A DNA stretch of 64,000 nucleotides from Macrostomum lignano (taxonomy: Eukaryota), in assembly GCA_002269645.1 (NCBI GenBank), contig NIVC01000020.1, positions 310,001 to 374,000 of the forward strand, given 5' to 3'. The stretch's first letter is position 1; each line of letters starts with the position of its first letter. The notes beneath the pieces were generated by a model, which searched no databases, was not told the origin of the DNA, and was given only the letters and a program-made list of their open reading frames with translations. Positions 22,485-34,829 of this stretch are shown here, one piece after another. The position numbers and the translations under genes were made by a program.

Positions 22485-24543
22485 ATGCCTGTGGTAGAGA
22501 TTCTGACTCAGCCGGTTGAGCACCACCGTCCCCGCTACGAGTCGGAGATCTCAACTAACAAGATTGGCGGCCTGCTGCTTGGCCGCGGCTCAACCGGAAA
22601 GGACAACAGAGCCTTCATCAAGCTGAAGATCAGTGGAATCGACCCAGCAGTGCACTGCAGGCTGCAGTTGTTTGTGTGCGTGGCCAGTCAGAATGGAGAG
22701 CTGCATCCGTACTACCTGCACGGAGACGGCTGCACAGATGGCTGCTTCTTCTGGGTGAAGCAAGTCGACTATCGGACCCCGAGCGAAATTGAAATACAGT
22801 AATGCACAAATTAATTGTTAGACAAGAGTATCTTAGAAGCTCGGGTGTATTGATCACGTCAGTTTTTTCAGGTTTTTTTCACAGATTCAACGAGAACATC
22901 GCAGACAAGATCGAGAAGTTAAAATCTTCAAGCGCAGCAGTTACTGTACCAGTGGGAGAGGCCACTAGAATTTAAAGGTACCGCAGATTCACAGCAGAAC
23001 AGAACGAAACGTTCATGATAGAGATGCTCGTTGTATTGCTTCCAGCTGCTCCCTGAGGTTTCAGGAGAATCTGTCCTGTCATAGTTTTTAGGACACTTCA
23101 TGGCTATGCTTTGCACGTTTACAATTTTACGGCTGTGCCCTGCGCTTATTCTATAACTGCTGCAAGGCTATTGCGCAAGTATAGCAAAAAGATGACTGAC
23201 GCACTGGAACCGTCCGATCTTTCAGGTTCGAAAGGCTGGCTGTTATCCGTTGCAAGACGTCTTCTGATGCCATTCAGGAGGCACTGAAAAAGCGCGAGGA
23301 ACAGGTTCAGGGCTGTCTTCTCCCCAACGGTGAGTTCTTACGCTCGTAATAATTGGATAATAACTTCGTCCGGTACTTTACCTTGAATTCTCGAACGTGA
23401 ATTGCTCATCCAGGTCTGAACCAGCCGGCTCAGAAGTACAACGGCAGAAATTTGGGCTCGATTCGTCTGGTTTTCCAGCTCAGCTTCTCTGACAATGGCT
23501 ACTGCCACTACCTGCAGCCAATATTCAGTGATGTGATCGCCGATATCAGTACGTACGTTTTCATCTCTAAAATTTCTTCAGTTTCTTTTCACACTCTTTA
23601 GTGATGTAGTGACACTCTTTAGTGACACTCTTTAGTGATGCAGTTGGATCATTTTCATTGGCTAGTTTTGGGCAGAAAGTCCAAACAAATAGTACGAATT
23701 ATTTTGTTCTTTTGAGCCTCCGTTTCTCATTCTCTTGCTTGAGTTTCTGCTTCATCGAGCCCTACCGAGAGCCTTCTGGACAGTTTCAAGAAAATAATGA
23801 ATTAGCCGTCACTACTGTAGTACTGTACTACTCATAGCTTCTATCAAGATTTGACGTCAGTAACTCATCTTTAAATTTCCAGAAGAAGTCAGGGTCATTT
23901 ACCCGGAGTCACTGAACCCTCAGGAAATTGCGCCAAATGGAGGCGAAATCGCCATCTATTGCACAAATTGTAATGGCGCAGCTTTTGTTATTAGAGATAC
24001 GAATTTGTTGATTGAATCGTGCTTTCTAAAGACGAGCCAAACTTTATAAATTGTTTCAGCACAAATGCCTATTAAAGAGGAAATTCGAGTGGTATTCGAG
24101 CTCAGTGTTGAGAGCAGTGAGACAACTGTGCGCGTTTCTGGCTGTGTCAAAAAAGTGATGAAGGTAAAACCTGCCTGCACTTTATACTGACAGACAATAG
24201 AGGCTTTTGATGCGCCAGGTAACTTGACAAAAATCTGCGTACCTTGCAGCACCTCATCATCGTCACTGTGCCAGACGTTCAGATGTTCGTGAAGACCGAG
24301 CGGACGAAGGCCAAAGTGCTCGTCGAACAGAACTTGCCCAAAACCGAGGACTCAACAAATTCGGCGCTTACTATCGCGTTCCTTCCTGGAGCACAGGCTG
24401 TAAGCAACTCGCAGTTTCGAAATTTTGACTTTTTGATCCAAATGAGCTCCAATGACGGAAAATAAATCTTCTGCTTCAATTAACAGGCCAGGACAGCTCG
24501 GAAGCGACCCGCTACTGCCTCGCTTGTGCAGGAAAAGACTTGA
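22485..24543 (+). CDS. Rel-homology-domain protein type 1 (RHD-N + IPT + basic NLS), 7 exons (22485-22798, 23226-23329, 23414-23548, 23883-23969, 24060-24163, 24250-24399, 24487-24543), about 316 aa
   Basis: Exons join in frame (951 nt). EILTQPVEHHRPRYESE, HPYYLHGDGCTDG, FERLAVIRC, NLGSIRLVFQL...LQPIFSDVIAD, GGEIAIYC, LIIVTVP and terminal ARKRP align in order with recalled RelA/p50 motifs (EIIEQPKQRGMRFRYKCE, HPHELVGKDCRDG, FQNLGIQC, DLNAVRLCFQ...PVLSHPIFD, GGDEIFLLC, AIVFRTP, KRKR). Confidence 0.85.
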
Positions 24544-25093
24544 CCTTCATGCCCCTGGCCGCGAATTGAATGCGAGCGCGAATCACTCGAAGTTCACGTC
24601 GGTGGCAGTCTGCGTTTTTTCAGCAGACAGCAATTTTCGAGTCAGGAGACTCAGACTTTCGAATTACATTCCAAAGGATCTTCTTTGTGCTAATGGAATT
24701 TATTTCCTGAGATGACTTAAAGAAACACAACAACACTTACTCATAAAAATCTTATAGATATGGATCTTAAATCTAAAAGAAATTGAGTAGAGAAGAGCAG
24801 AAATCTTTCTTTTATTTAGGCTCAATGAAATTTACTTTTTTAAATTAATATATAGTTATAAAAAAGGAATATTTTTAATTTTTTGTCTATTTTTTTTATA
24901 ACAACAGCAGGCAAAAGACACATTTGTTCGTCTCTGTATCCATAGTTTAAATGTAGCCTTTATCCATAGTGTCCCATCACACTGCATAGAGACATCCTAG
25001 AACAATTTAACGAGGATAGACACAGACTATTGCCAGAACATGGTAATGTGATCAAATGCGTTCTGTACCTGTGTAAATGTTTCAGCAACTCAA

Positions 25094-27186
25094 ATGCCCG
25101 AAGCGACTCCCAAGCTGTCTCTGTCCATCGCTCATCAGCCGACGAAAATCCATCGATTTCGCTACCTGAAGGAGGTCAGCGATGGCCGCATGGGCAGTGT
25201 TCTGCGCAGCCGCGCTCCTGGAGGCAAGACTCCAGTTGCAGTGACTGCGACTGTCCAATCTGTGAGCCCCGACTGCAAGCTGAAGCTGGTCGGCTGCACC
25301 GTATTCGAGGACCTGATGACGCACCCGTTCTACCTGACTGGGGACGACTGTCGGAACGGCGTGTTCGAGAAGGAGCTGAGCAGCAAATCCGGGCTATCCG
25401 AGCAGGAAGTGAAGTGAGTCTCAGTCTTTATCGCAGTCTAGCTTATCTGAGGAGTGTCCACTTTTTCCTTCTCGGAAGAAGTCGAGCATGGGTCAGTTTT
25501 GGAAGTGTGGAGAGGTAAGACTTTTTGCGAATTCCGTTCTCCTGTTGCGGGCTCTGTAATTCTGGGCTTATGCTGGCCCACACAGCATAAAAAGTGAGCT
25601 AAAAGTGCAAGTAAGACCATAAAGACATTAGGAAACAAAGTATTAGAAAGAGCTGAAGAATCTCCTGTTGCACCTACTACCTGATCGATGCATTCTGCTT
25701 CTACTCAGGCTGGAGAAGGTCGGCATCGTGTGCACTCCGAAAAAGCAGAGGAAGTCGAAAGGCAAGCCGAGCGGAGCCTCTGAGAATGGAGTTCCAGCAC
25801 ATATCGGCATGCAGAATGCAACCGCACAAGAAGATAACTTTTACATGGAAAGAATTCAAAAGTACAACTTTTTAAAAAGTAAGTCATGATTTGATAGACC
25901 TTCAAAACGCTGAATTTGTCTTTTCAAGAAGGCAAGCTTTCATTCATCCGCAGAGCCACCAAGGCCGAATCCATTCCAAGGCAAAGACGTCAACAAACTC
26001 AGACTGGCCTTCCAAGTGTTTTATCAGCTGCCGGGCTCAAGCGACTGGCTCGCTGCGGACTGCAGACCTGTGTACACCGAAGTCATTGGAGATGCCAGTG
26101 AGTGCTCTTTCCCTTTAACTTTGCAAGAGTGATTTGCAATCAGGTAGATGACCTGAGGGACTGCTTGACTTAGAACAAGAGCTTTTTCATTCCAGAGATC
26201 TTCTCCAAGATGGAAATCGAGTACATCATTCCGGACTCGGTGTCGCGTCCCGACCAGGACGTGTGGCTTTACACGAAGGGCGACCTGCCAGGTATGCAGC
26301 TTTGGACTACCGAATGATGCTTTTTAAATGCCGGAATGCAAATAAACCAGATCACAATTGCAGTTCAGAACGTTTCCGAATTAACTGTACGGCTGGAGCA
26401 TGAATCAGAGCCGCTGACTATCGAGCTGCAACCGAATGAGTTGAAGAAGGTAAAGTCTCAGAGTGCATGTGTAAACTGATGCAGAAATGCGCTGCATAGG
26501 ACTGAGAATTGTCGAAGTGTATAGCGTTTGTTAGAACCGATAGCTCGTACACAGTTGAATAATGCAATCTCAGTCAGAGCTGAGTTACCTATTCATGTTT
26601 ACTGTAAAAGAGGGGCTAAAGAGATGCACGCGCTGTACGATTGCAGCCCCTCAAATCACTGTTTGCAACCCAAATTAGCTTGTTTATCATCCCGATAACT
26701 TTTTGTCCCGGTTATGTTTTGTCCCGGAAAATCAGTAGTATTAAATGACTTGAGAAAAACCTGGGTCATTTTGCCAGTTCGTGCATTCATGTCTCTAAAG
26801 CGTGTTCCTAATTCCTTTACAGCACCTGGTAGTGTTCAACTTCGAGCAGCTGACCTTGACAAACGCTGTTTCCAGCTCATTTTCTGTGACTCTCGTGGAC
26901 AAGAAGAATGATGACTCGAGCGAGCCGGTGAAACTGGAGCTGATCAATTTGTCAAATGATCCGTCAGGTAAACCGTTTGGTTACTAAATTTAATGCTGTA
27001 AATCCTTTAACAATACTTTTATTATCCATGATGATTTCAGTCTCTGACCCTAAAAGTAAAAAAGCCAGGCGTGAAGAGAAGCCAACTACTCCACAAGATC
27101 CCATGGATGAGCTTCTTGGCACTTTTCTGGATGGTAATGGAGACCTACAGGAGCTGCCGGAGCTTTACGTGGAGCCTCGTGCGTAG
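25094..27186 (+). CDS. Rel-homology-domain protein type 2, copy 1; 7 exons (25094-25413, 25709-25878, 25954-26097, 26196-26291, 26364-26449, 26823-26967, 27041-27186), about 368 aa
   Basis: In frame (1107 nt). QPTKIHRFRYLKE, HPFYLTGDDCRNGVFEKEL (RelA HPHELVGKDCRDGFYEAEL), LEKVGIVCTPKK, NPFQGKDVNKLRLAFQV...PVYTEVIGD, HLVVFNF...SSEPVKLEL, NLS KSKKARR, acidic tail DPMDELLGTFLD. Confidence 0.88.
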
Positions 27187-29749
27187 AACTGACCCTATCA
27201 TAAAGACCAAGAGTCGAGTGGAAAAAATGACCAAGAATTTCCAACTATTATTATTGTCCTACTCATCATCAACACTCTAATTTGAATTTTCCGTTTGCAA
27301 CAGCAAGTGTCCGCTTTGAACTTTTTGAGTCAGAAATTGTAACATAAATTCAGTCGCCTCGAGTTGGTTCTCCCTTCCATTTGTTGAGTTTCATTATTTT
27401 ATCATCAGTATTTGCCGTATCGCAATATATCAAAAATATTACAAACAGCTAATCACATTTTGCAAAAGCGAAGTCATAATAATGCCACCTTCTTCGTAAC
27501 GCGTTCAAGGACACTGATATGCCAGAATTCTTCATTTAAGTTCTTAATATTGAGAGCTTACTAACTTGAAATTTTGTTGTTTGCAACAGTTTATTTATTT
27601 CATTTTTTAAGTTGAAATATAGTCTCATAATTCCCAGAGCAAATTGCTTCGCTTTTGAATGCACATCCCGAGAGTAGACGCACAAGTAATGTACGCTAAT
27701 ATTCTAGCTCCATGTTCTGACGGCTTTTCCATGGTTTTTCCACTTCATTTTGTTCTCTCAATGTCTGTGTACGTATAGTTTTGCGTGCATTACACTGTAC
27801 TCTCATTGTACAGCCTACTCTGTCGTTTGCGGAGTTCCTTATTTTCCTTTTAAAAGCGGCCAGACTGCTGCTGCATTATTGCAGTTTTGTCGCTGTTTTC
27901 GTCAAAAAAGTACTGTTTCGAAAGTAAGTGTTTTTTTAACGATTTTGTCTTTAAATTTAAATTGAAACCTAATTTCTTTCAGCTTGATCATTCATTCTAT
28001 GTTCTATTAGCGTTGGGCAAAGCTTTTAAACGTAAAAAAGTTCAAGCAGTGCTAATATAATACATATGATTCGGCGTATGAGAAATGTTCTCATTCCCAA
28101 ATTTTCACGACTCACAATTACCCCCAACTTCACAATCACAAAACTTTGCATCCAAAAGTTGCATATATTCGCTTTTTCATAAATTGCTTCTTCCAGAACT
28201 TTTGAATTGCTTGGTTGCGTGGTCAAGGTTGTGTCTGTGAGCAAATTAAATTGCCTGCTTTTCAAGCTTTTAATGAAACTTTTATGTCTCTTCATGGAGT
28301 TAGTGGGCTTTGAAGTGTTTTGTTGGCCTTTCTGCCAAGCGTTGGCCGGAGACAGCGTTCATCTACATTTTTTAATTTTTTAGCTCAATATAGCTAGCCT
28401 CCAAATTAGTTTTCAGAAACTGGCACACGCTTACTGTATCACCGTTAAGTTAAAGGGCAAAAATAAAACTGCTAGCTCACAGTTGGTGCGCATAAAGTGC
28501 AACGGTTTTCAGGACACTCGCTATATCCATAAATCGTTTGCTGATTTTCAGAGGGAAGCGAAACACCTCAAAATGTATATTCTTCATATTTCAGTCCCAA
28601 ATACTATCCCAAATTGAGGTTGTGAAAGCGTGTGCACAATGTGAAGATTGAGACTCTTGTATAGATTAGGGATTGGGAAAAACTTGGGAGAGAGTTAAAT
28701 AAAGGGTTGTGAAATATGAGGATTGTGGAGTTTAAAGTTAATGAAATATGGCGACTGCCAAGTTTAGTGCATACATATTTCAAGCACGCACCGAATATGC
28801 CGCAGTGATTGATGCGTCCTGTGTGTATTCTGTGATGGATAAGACGCTTCACTTGTATGAGTAGCCACCCCAGAACTCTCAGGTTATCTTGGGCTACAGG
28901 CTTCATCAAAGAACTGTCCTTTTTGATTTGCAGTGAACTGAAGGAGTCTCTTGGGTAGCAATGCTGGCAACTCTCGAATAAATTAACTTCTAAGGGTCGA
29001 TTTTGCACTGATGCACGGATGAGAATACATTTTCTGAAGAATATTTTGACTGCTCATTAAGCAAGCGATTAAGCAACAAATAAAGCATTATCAAGTTACG
29101 AGTAGATTATCAAGTAAGCCGTATTGGTGGAACATCCGTATGGAATTAAAAAGCTGCTGTGGAGCAAAGCGTACATGTACTGGGTCACAGCTCGTGCGGC
29201 ATTTCTGTGTCCAAGATGACTGCCAATCTACAGTGGGGTTACAAGGCTGGATTAAAATAAGGCATTAACAACAAGGCGTATCCCGGCTCATAATGGTTTA
29301 AGTTGTAAGAAGTCGTTTAGAGGGACGTAATAATCGAACGTGTGCGCATAGTGCAGCCATTTTTCTGAGCAAAAAATGACTTTTGAGGTTCCGCATGCGC
29401 TATTGTGACTTATAGTTTCGAAAACTTTATTGACTGAAACTGCTGACCTGTTCATTCACAAATTATGGTTTGCGAACAAAGCTTTGAGCGGCAATAAAAA
29501 CCTGTTGATTCCGGAGAGTTCTTCTGATCACTCTACCTCTCTCCTCACTCTTCTTGGTCCAGCTCCCCGGTTCTCCTACTCGTAGCTTTGTTTTCTCTTC
29601 TAAAATAGAATGTTTAGCAAACAATGAAAACTAAGAGGTTTAAATTCTGAGATTGTAATCGCTTTGAGTATCTAATAAGTTGCTCATTCTGAACCAACTG
29701 ATTGCACTGCTCTTGCAGAACTGTATAGTTTCTGATTTTTAATCTGCTA

Positions 29750-29965
29750 TGGGTTGTGGCATAGTGGTCAGTTCGAGCGTCAGACTCACGACCGAGCTGT
29801 CGAGGGTTTGATTGAGACCCACTCAAAACAGTTTGTGTTTTTGAGCAAGACCACTTAACTCTGCATTGCTTCGGTGCACCCAGCAATAAAATGTTTGCTA
29901 GAATTAGCCGGGGTTATTAAGGATGTCTGTGGCGACCCTCCTGACAGCTGCACAACAACTGCTTC
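29750..29965 (+). mobile_element. tRNA-derived SINE (A/B boxes plus CORE-like segment), copy in unit A
   Basis: A box TGGCATAGTGG (29757-29767), degenerate B box GGGTTTGATT (29804-29813), then GTGTTTTTGAGCAAGACCACTTAACTC...GCACCCAGC, which resembles SINE core domains. Confidence 0.65.
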
Positions 29966-30001
29966 CCCACGCCTTGCCATATTTTTATCCAGCAAACGCA
30001 A

Positions 30002-32128
30002 ATGTCTGAACCGGCTCCCAAGCTGTCTCTGTCCATCGCTGATCAGCATCAGCCGACGAAAATCCATCGATTTCGCTACCTGAAGGAGGTCAGCGATGGC
30101 CGCATGGGCAGTGTTCTGCGCAGCCGCGCTCCTGGAGGCAAGACTCCAGTTGCAGTGACTGCGAATGTCCAATCTGTGAGCGCCGGCTGCAAGCTGAAGC
30201 TGGTCGGCTGCACCGTATTCGAGGACCTGGCGACGCACCCGTTCTACCTGGCTGGGGACGACTGTCGGAACGGCGTGTTCGAGAAGGAGCTGAGCAGCGA
30301 ATCCGGGCCATCCGAGCAGGAAGTGAGGTGAGTCTCAGTCCCTATCCCAGTCTAGCCTATCTGTCCGCTTTTTCCGCTGTTTCCTTCTCGGAAGTAGCCG
30401 AGCATGGGTCAGTTTTAGAAGTGAGGAGAGGTAAGAGTTTTGTGAATTCCGTTCTCTTATTGCAAACGCTGTAGTTCTGAGTTTATGCTGGACCACAATA
30501 TACAAAAAGTGAGCTAAAAATGCAAGTAGGAGCATACAGGCATTAGAAAAACAAAGTATTGGAAAGAGCTTGAGATATTGTGAGATCTCCTGTTGCACCT
30601 ACTACCTGATCGATGCATTCTGCTTCTACTCAGGCTGGAGATGGTCGGCATCGTGTGCACTCCAAAAAAGCAGAGGAGGTCGAAAGGCAAGCCGAGCGGA
30701 GCCTCTGAGAATGGAGTTCCAGCACATATCGGCATGCAGAATGGAACCGCACAAGAAGATAACTTTTACATGGAAAGAATTCAAGAGTACAACTTTTTAA
30801 AAAGTAAGTCGTGATTTGATAGACCTTCAAATCGCTGAATTTGTCTTTTCAAGAAGGCAAGCTTTCATTCATCCGCAGAGGAACCAAAACAGAATCCATT
30901 CCAAGGCAAAGACATCAACAAACTCAGACTGGCCTTCCAAGTGTTTTATCAGCTGCCGGGCTCAAGCGACTGGCTCGCTGCGGACTGCAGTCCTGTGTAC
31001 ACCGAAGTCATTGGAGATGCCAGTGAGCGAACTTTCCCTTTAACTTTGCAAGAGTGATTTGCAATCAGGTGGATGACCTGAGAGACTGCTTGACTTAGAA
31101 CAAGAGCTTTTTCATTCCAGAGATCTTCTCTAAGATGGAAATCGAGTACATCATTCCGGACTCGGTGTCGCGTCCCGACCAGGACGTGTGGCTTTACACG
31201 AAGGACGATCTGCCAGGTATGCAGCTTTTATTTGGATTACCAAGTTGTGCTTTTTTAAATGCCGGAATGCAAATAAATCAGATCACAATTGCAGTTCAGA
31301 CCGTTTCCGAATTAACTGTGCGGCTGGAGCATGAATCAGAGCCGCTGACTATCGAGCTGCAGCCGAAGGAGTTGAAGAAGGTAAAGTCTCAGAGTTCATG
31401 TGTAAACTGATGAAGCAATACACGGCATAGGATGTGAAGGGAAGAAGTCAGTAGTAGCGTTTGTTGAAACCAATAGGTCGTACACATTTGAATGATGCAA
31501 TCTCAGTCAGAGTTGTCAGTTGAGTGAGCAGCAAAGTTACCTATTGCATGTGTACTGTAAAAGAGGGGTTGAAGTGACACACGGGCTGTAAGATTGCAGA
31601 CTGTCAAATCACTGCTTGCAATCCAACTTACAGCTCGTCGAAATCCCGATAACCTTTTATCCCGGTCATGTTTTTCAGAAGCTGCTGAAGATTAGTAGTA
31701 TAAAATTACTGAGAAAACCTTCGTCAGTCGTGCGTTCCTGTCTCTAAAGCGTGTTTCTAATACCTTTGCAGCACCTGGTAGTGTTCAACTTCGAGCAGCC
31801 AATCTTGACAAACACTGTTTCCGGCTCATTTTCTGTGACTCTCGTGGACAAGAAGAATGATGACTCGAGCGAGCCGGTGAAACTCGAGCTGATCAATTTG
31901 TCAAATTATCCGTCAGGTAACCCGTTTGATTGCTAATTTTAATGCTGCAAGGCCTTTAACTGTATATTTTATTATCCATGATGATTTTCAGGCTTCGACC
32001 CTGCAAGAAAGAAGGCTAGACGTGATGAGAAGCCAACTGTTTCTCAAGATCCCATGGATGAGCTTCTTGGCATTTTTCTGGATGGTAATGGAGGTGACCT
32101 GCAGGAGCTGCCGGAGCTTTACGTTTAG
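30002..32128 (+). CDS. Rel-homology-domain protein type 2, copy 2 (7 exons; GAG>TAG change trims the last 4 residues)
   Basis: All seven exons checked with intact GT-AG and frame. Starts MSEPAPKLSLSIADQHQPTKIHRFRYLKE, ends QELPELYV*. Confidence 0.85.
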
Positions 32129-33371
32129 CCTCGTGCTTAGAACTGACCCTATCATAAAGACCAAGGGTTTGGAATCGAGTGGAAAAGACTTTTCAACTTA
32201 TATTTTTATCACACTCTTGCTCTAATTTAACTCTAATTTAATTTTTCTATATTCACGTTCGTTCTGAATTTTCTGAACCTCGAGCTGGCTTTGCAATGCA
32301 ACGCTGAGTTCTACTGGTTGAAGATTTTGTTTTGCTGGTACAAGTGCAGATACTAAGCCCTATATTTTTTATGAGAAACCCTTGATCCTTCTGTTTACAT
32401 TTATCAGCAACAGCTAATCCCATTTTGAAAGTGTAGAGCCATAATTCCACCTGCTTTTGGAGCGCGGCAAGCACACTGATATGCTTACATTTTTTAAGAT
32501 AGGTCTTCATTACGAGCATACTGAATTGAAATTCAAAGCGTCAAATATCGTCGTATGTAGCCAAGAGAGGTGAAGAAGGTACGCTCGTAGTCTCCAAGTT
32601 TGTCTGGGGTTATCGGATATACCGGGGCATGTATACTTTTAATAAAATTGTGCCTTTTCGTGCCCCAACAAGGTGATGCTCTCTACTTGAATCACAGCTA
32701 CTCGTTGGCTTCCGCTGCTAGGACTGGACCTCGAGGACCTCGAAGAACCTTGTATTTGCTCTTACAGGAATATAATACAGTTTTAATGCATATGCGTTCA
32801 ATTTACCTACTAGAATAGATAGCTCCCGATTCAACGGTTTTTCCGCGGATTTTCCAGTTCTTCTGAACACGTTTTCAAAAAGTAAATTGCTCTCTGCATT
32901 GAGGGAAATTGTCTTCAATGTTCATTTTTAATATCCAGAAACCTTATCGGTGCACTCCACGCAATGTTTTTATCAATTTATTAATCTTGGATGTATTCTC
33001 AAATAAAAGGATTTTTTTCAAAACAAGAAGTGTTTGAAAAATGATTTCAAGCAACTTAGACATTTGTCTGAAACTCCACTCCGAGTGCACAAAGTGAATC
33101 GAACGTTTTTTTTTGACGAACTGCACCTGTGTATTGTGCGATTATTGTTATCAAAATAATTGGTCGTTAAGTTAGTTCATTTGCTAACCATTAGAATCGG
33201 TAGGAATATATTACAAAAGTTATTGGGAGAAATTAAGTTCATAATGTTTTAGTACACACTGAAATTTATTAGCAGATCAGAAGTCTGGATCTGTTGAATC
33301 TGTTGGCTCCTGAGCCAAGCAAAGTTGGAGTGCAGCAGCCGGTCCGGTCACCGCCTGCTGCGCACTGCAGC

Positions 33372-34825
33372 CTAGGCCAGCTCCCTGGCGTTCACGGTGA
33401 TGCGACCGAACGACTGTCCGAAGCGGCGACGGTGGCCTGCGAAAGTCAAAGGTGGGACAAGTTGGCGCTGTTTTGCCGTGCTCAGAAGCTTTTCGCATGC
33501 AGAATCCCAGTGCAGAATCCCAGTACAGAATCCCAGTACAGAATCCCAGTGCAGTATCCCAGTACAGAATCCCAGTACAGAATCCCAGTGCAGTATCCCA
33601 GTACAGAATCCCAGTACAGAATCCCAGTGCAGTATCCCAGTACAGAATCCCAGTACAGAATCCCAGTGCAGTATCCCAGTACAGAATCCCAGTACAGAAT
33701 CCCAGTGCAGTATCCCAGTACAGAATCCCAGTACAGAATCCCAGTGCAGTATCCCAGTACAGAATCCCAGTACAGAATCCCAGTACAGAATCCCAGTGCA
33801 GTATCCCAGTACAGAATCCCAGTACAGAATCCCAGTGCAGTATCCCAGTACAGATTCCCAGTACCGATTCTCAGTACAGAATTCCAGTACAGAATTCCAG
33901 TACAGAATTCCAGTACAGAATCCCAGAGCAGAATCCCAGTACAGAATCCCAGAATAGAATCTCAGAACAGAATCCCAGAGCAGATCCCTGGACGTAGCAA
34001 TCGAGTACAAGCTACGAGCTACATCATCTCTGTTTTGAGATCCCAAACTGCTTGAGCAAGTGTAGGTAGATCAGCAAGCAGATTTCCGGTCTACAGAATT
34101 ACTTGAAAAAATTTGATTATCAGAGACAAATATGCTTAGTGCACATCTTATACTAAAATGTAAGTGTAGTCAGCGCTGTAAAAGTACCGTTAAGGAGACC
34201 AATTCAAGTAGTTCAGAGATTTTAGGGAATTAGTAGCCAACCAACTTCTAATAAATTGTGGCCCATTTTGAGCGCCTTCTGCAGAAATGAGTCCGCCTGC
34301 TCACCTGGGATGTGTCCGTAATAGTTCGGCAGGAGCCCCTCGCACTTGCGGTAGATGACCCCCTCGCCACGCATTCCCCGCAGGCGCCCCCGCCCTGCCT
34401 GGCCCGCCGCCTTTTCCTCGCCGACAGCCTCAGCGTCCGAGGCCTCAAGCCCGGCCAGCGCAGCCGCGTGCAGCCGCCTGGCCCGGTCGAAGTCCTCCAG
34501 AGCGTCGTGTGTGAGCACCGGGTAGGTGCCACCCAGGCGTTGCCGCAGGCGGGGCACGAAGCCGGAGTAGCCGGACATGAAGTAGCGCTGCTCGCTGTCC
34601 CGGTCCATCAGGTAGGGAGAGTATCCGGGGTAATAGTAGCGCCCGGACGGCGGCTCGTCCAGAAACTTCGGGTGCACCGAGATGGCCGTTTTGGCCTGCC
34701 AAGCGAAATTGAATTCCTGTGACTAATGTGTTCTGCATGCGTGCGTTTGAGTAGGTTTTGCTAATCAGATTGCCACACTTCGTCAAAAGTGGACCTACCT
34801 CTTTTCTAGCTGGGAACACTGTGGT
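33372..34825 (-). pseudogene. 5'-truncated duplicate of the FAM166/CIMIP2-like gene (exons 34825-34799, 34695-34305, 33436-33372)
   Basis: Near-identical to exons 3-5 of the full gene at 45827-48888. Exons 1-2 lie outside the duplicated unit. Confidence 0.8.
33500..33985. repeat. 13-bp minisatellite (39-bp higher order) in the FAM166-like last intron, unit A
   Basis: Units CCCAGTACAGAAT and CCCAGTGCAGTAT. Confidence 0.92.
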
Positions 34826-34829
34826 CTGA

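Noticed and set aside
22885-22917. Possible 33-nt phase-2 microexon (FNENIADKIEK) in type-1 Rel intron 1
   Set aside because: The acceptor is good but the donor (GTTAAA) is weak, and alignment with type 2 and RelA works without it. Left out pending RNA-seq.
29757-29830. Functional tRNA gene at 29757 or 42398
   Set aside because: A and B boxes are present, but no complete cloverleaf or T-run terminator was found, and the sequence continues into a SINE-like body.
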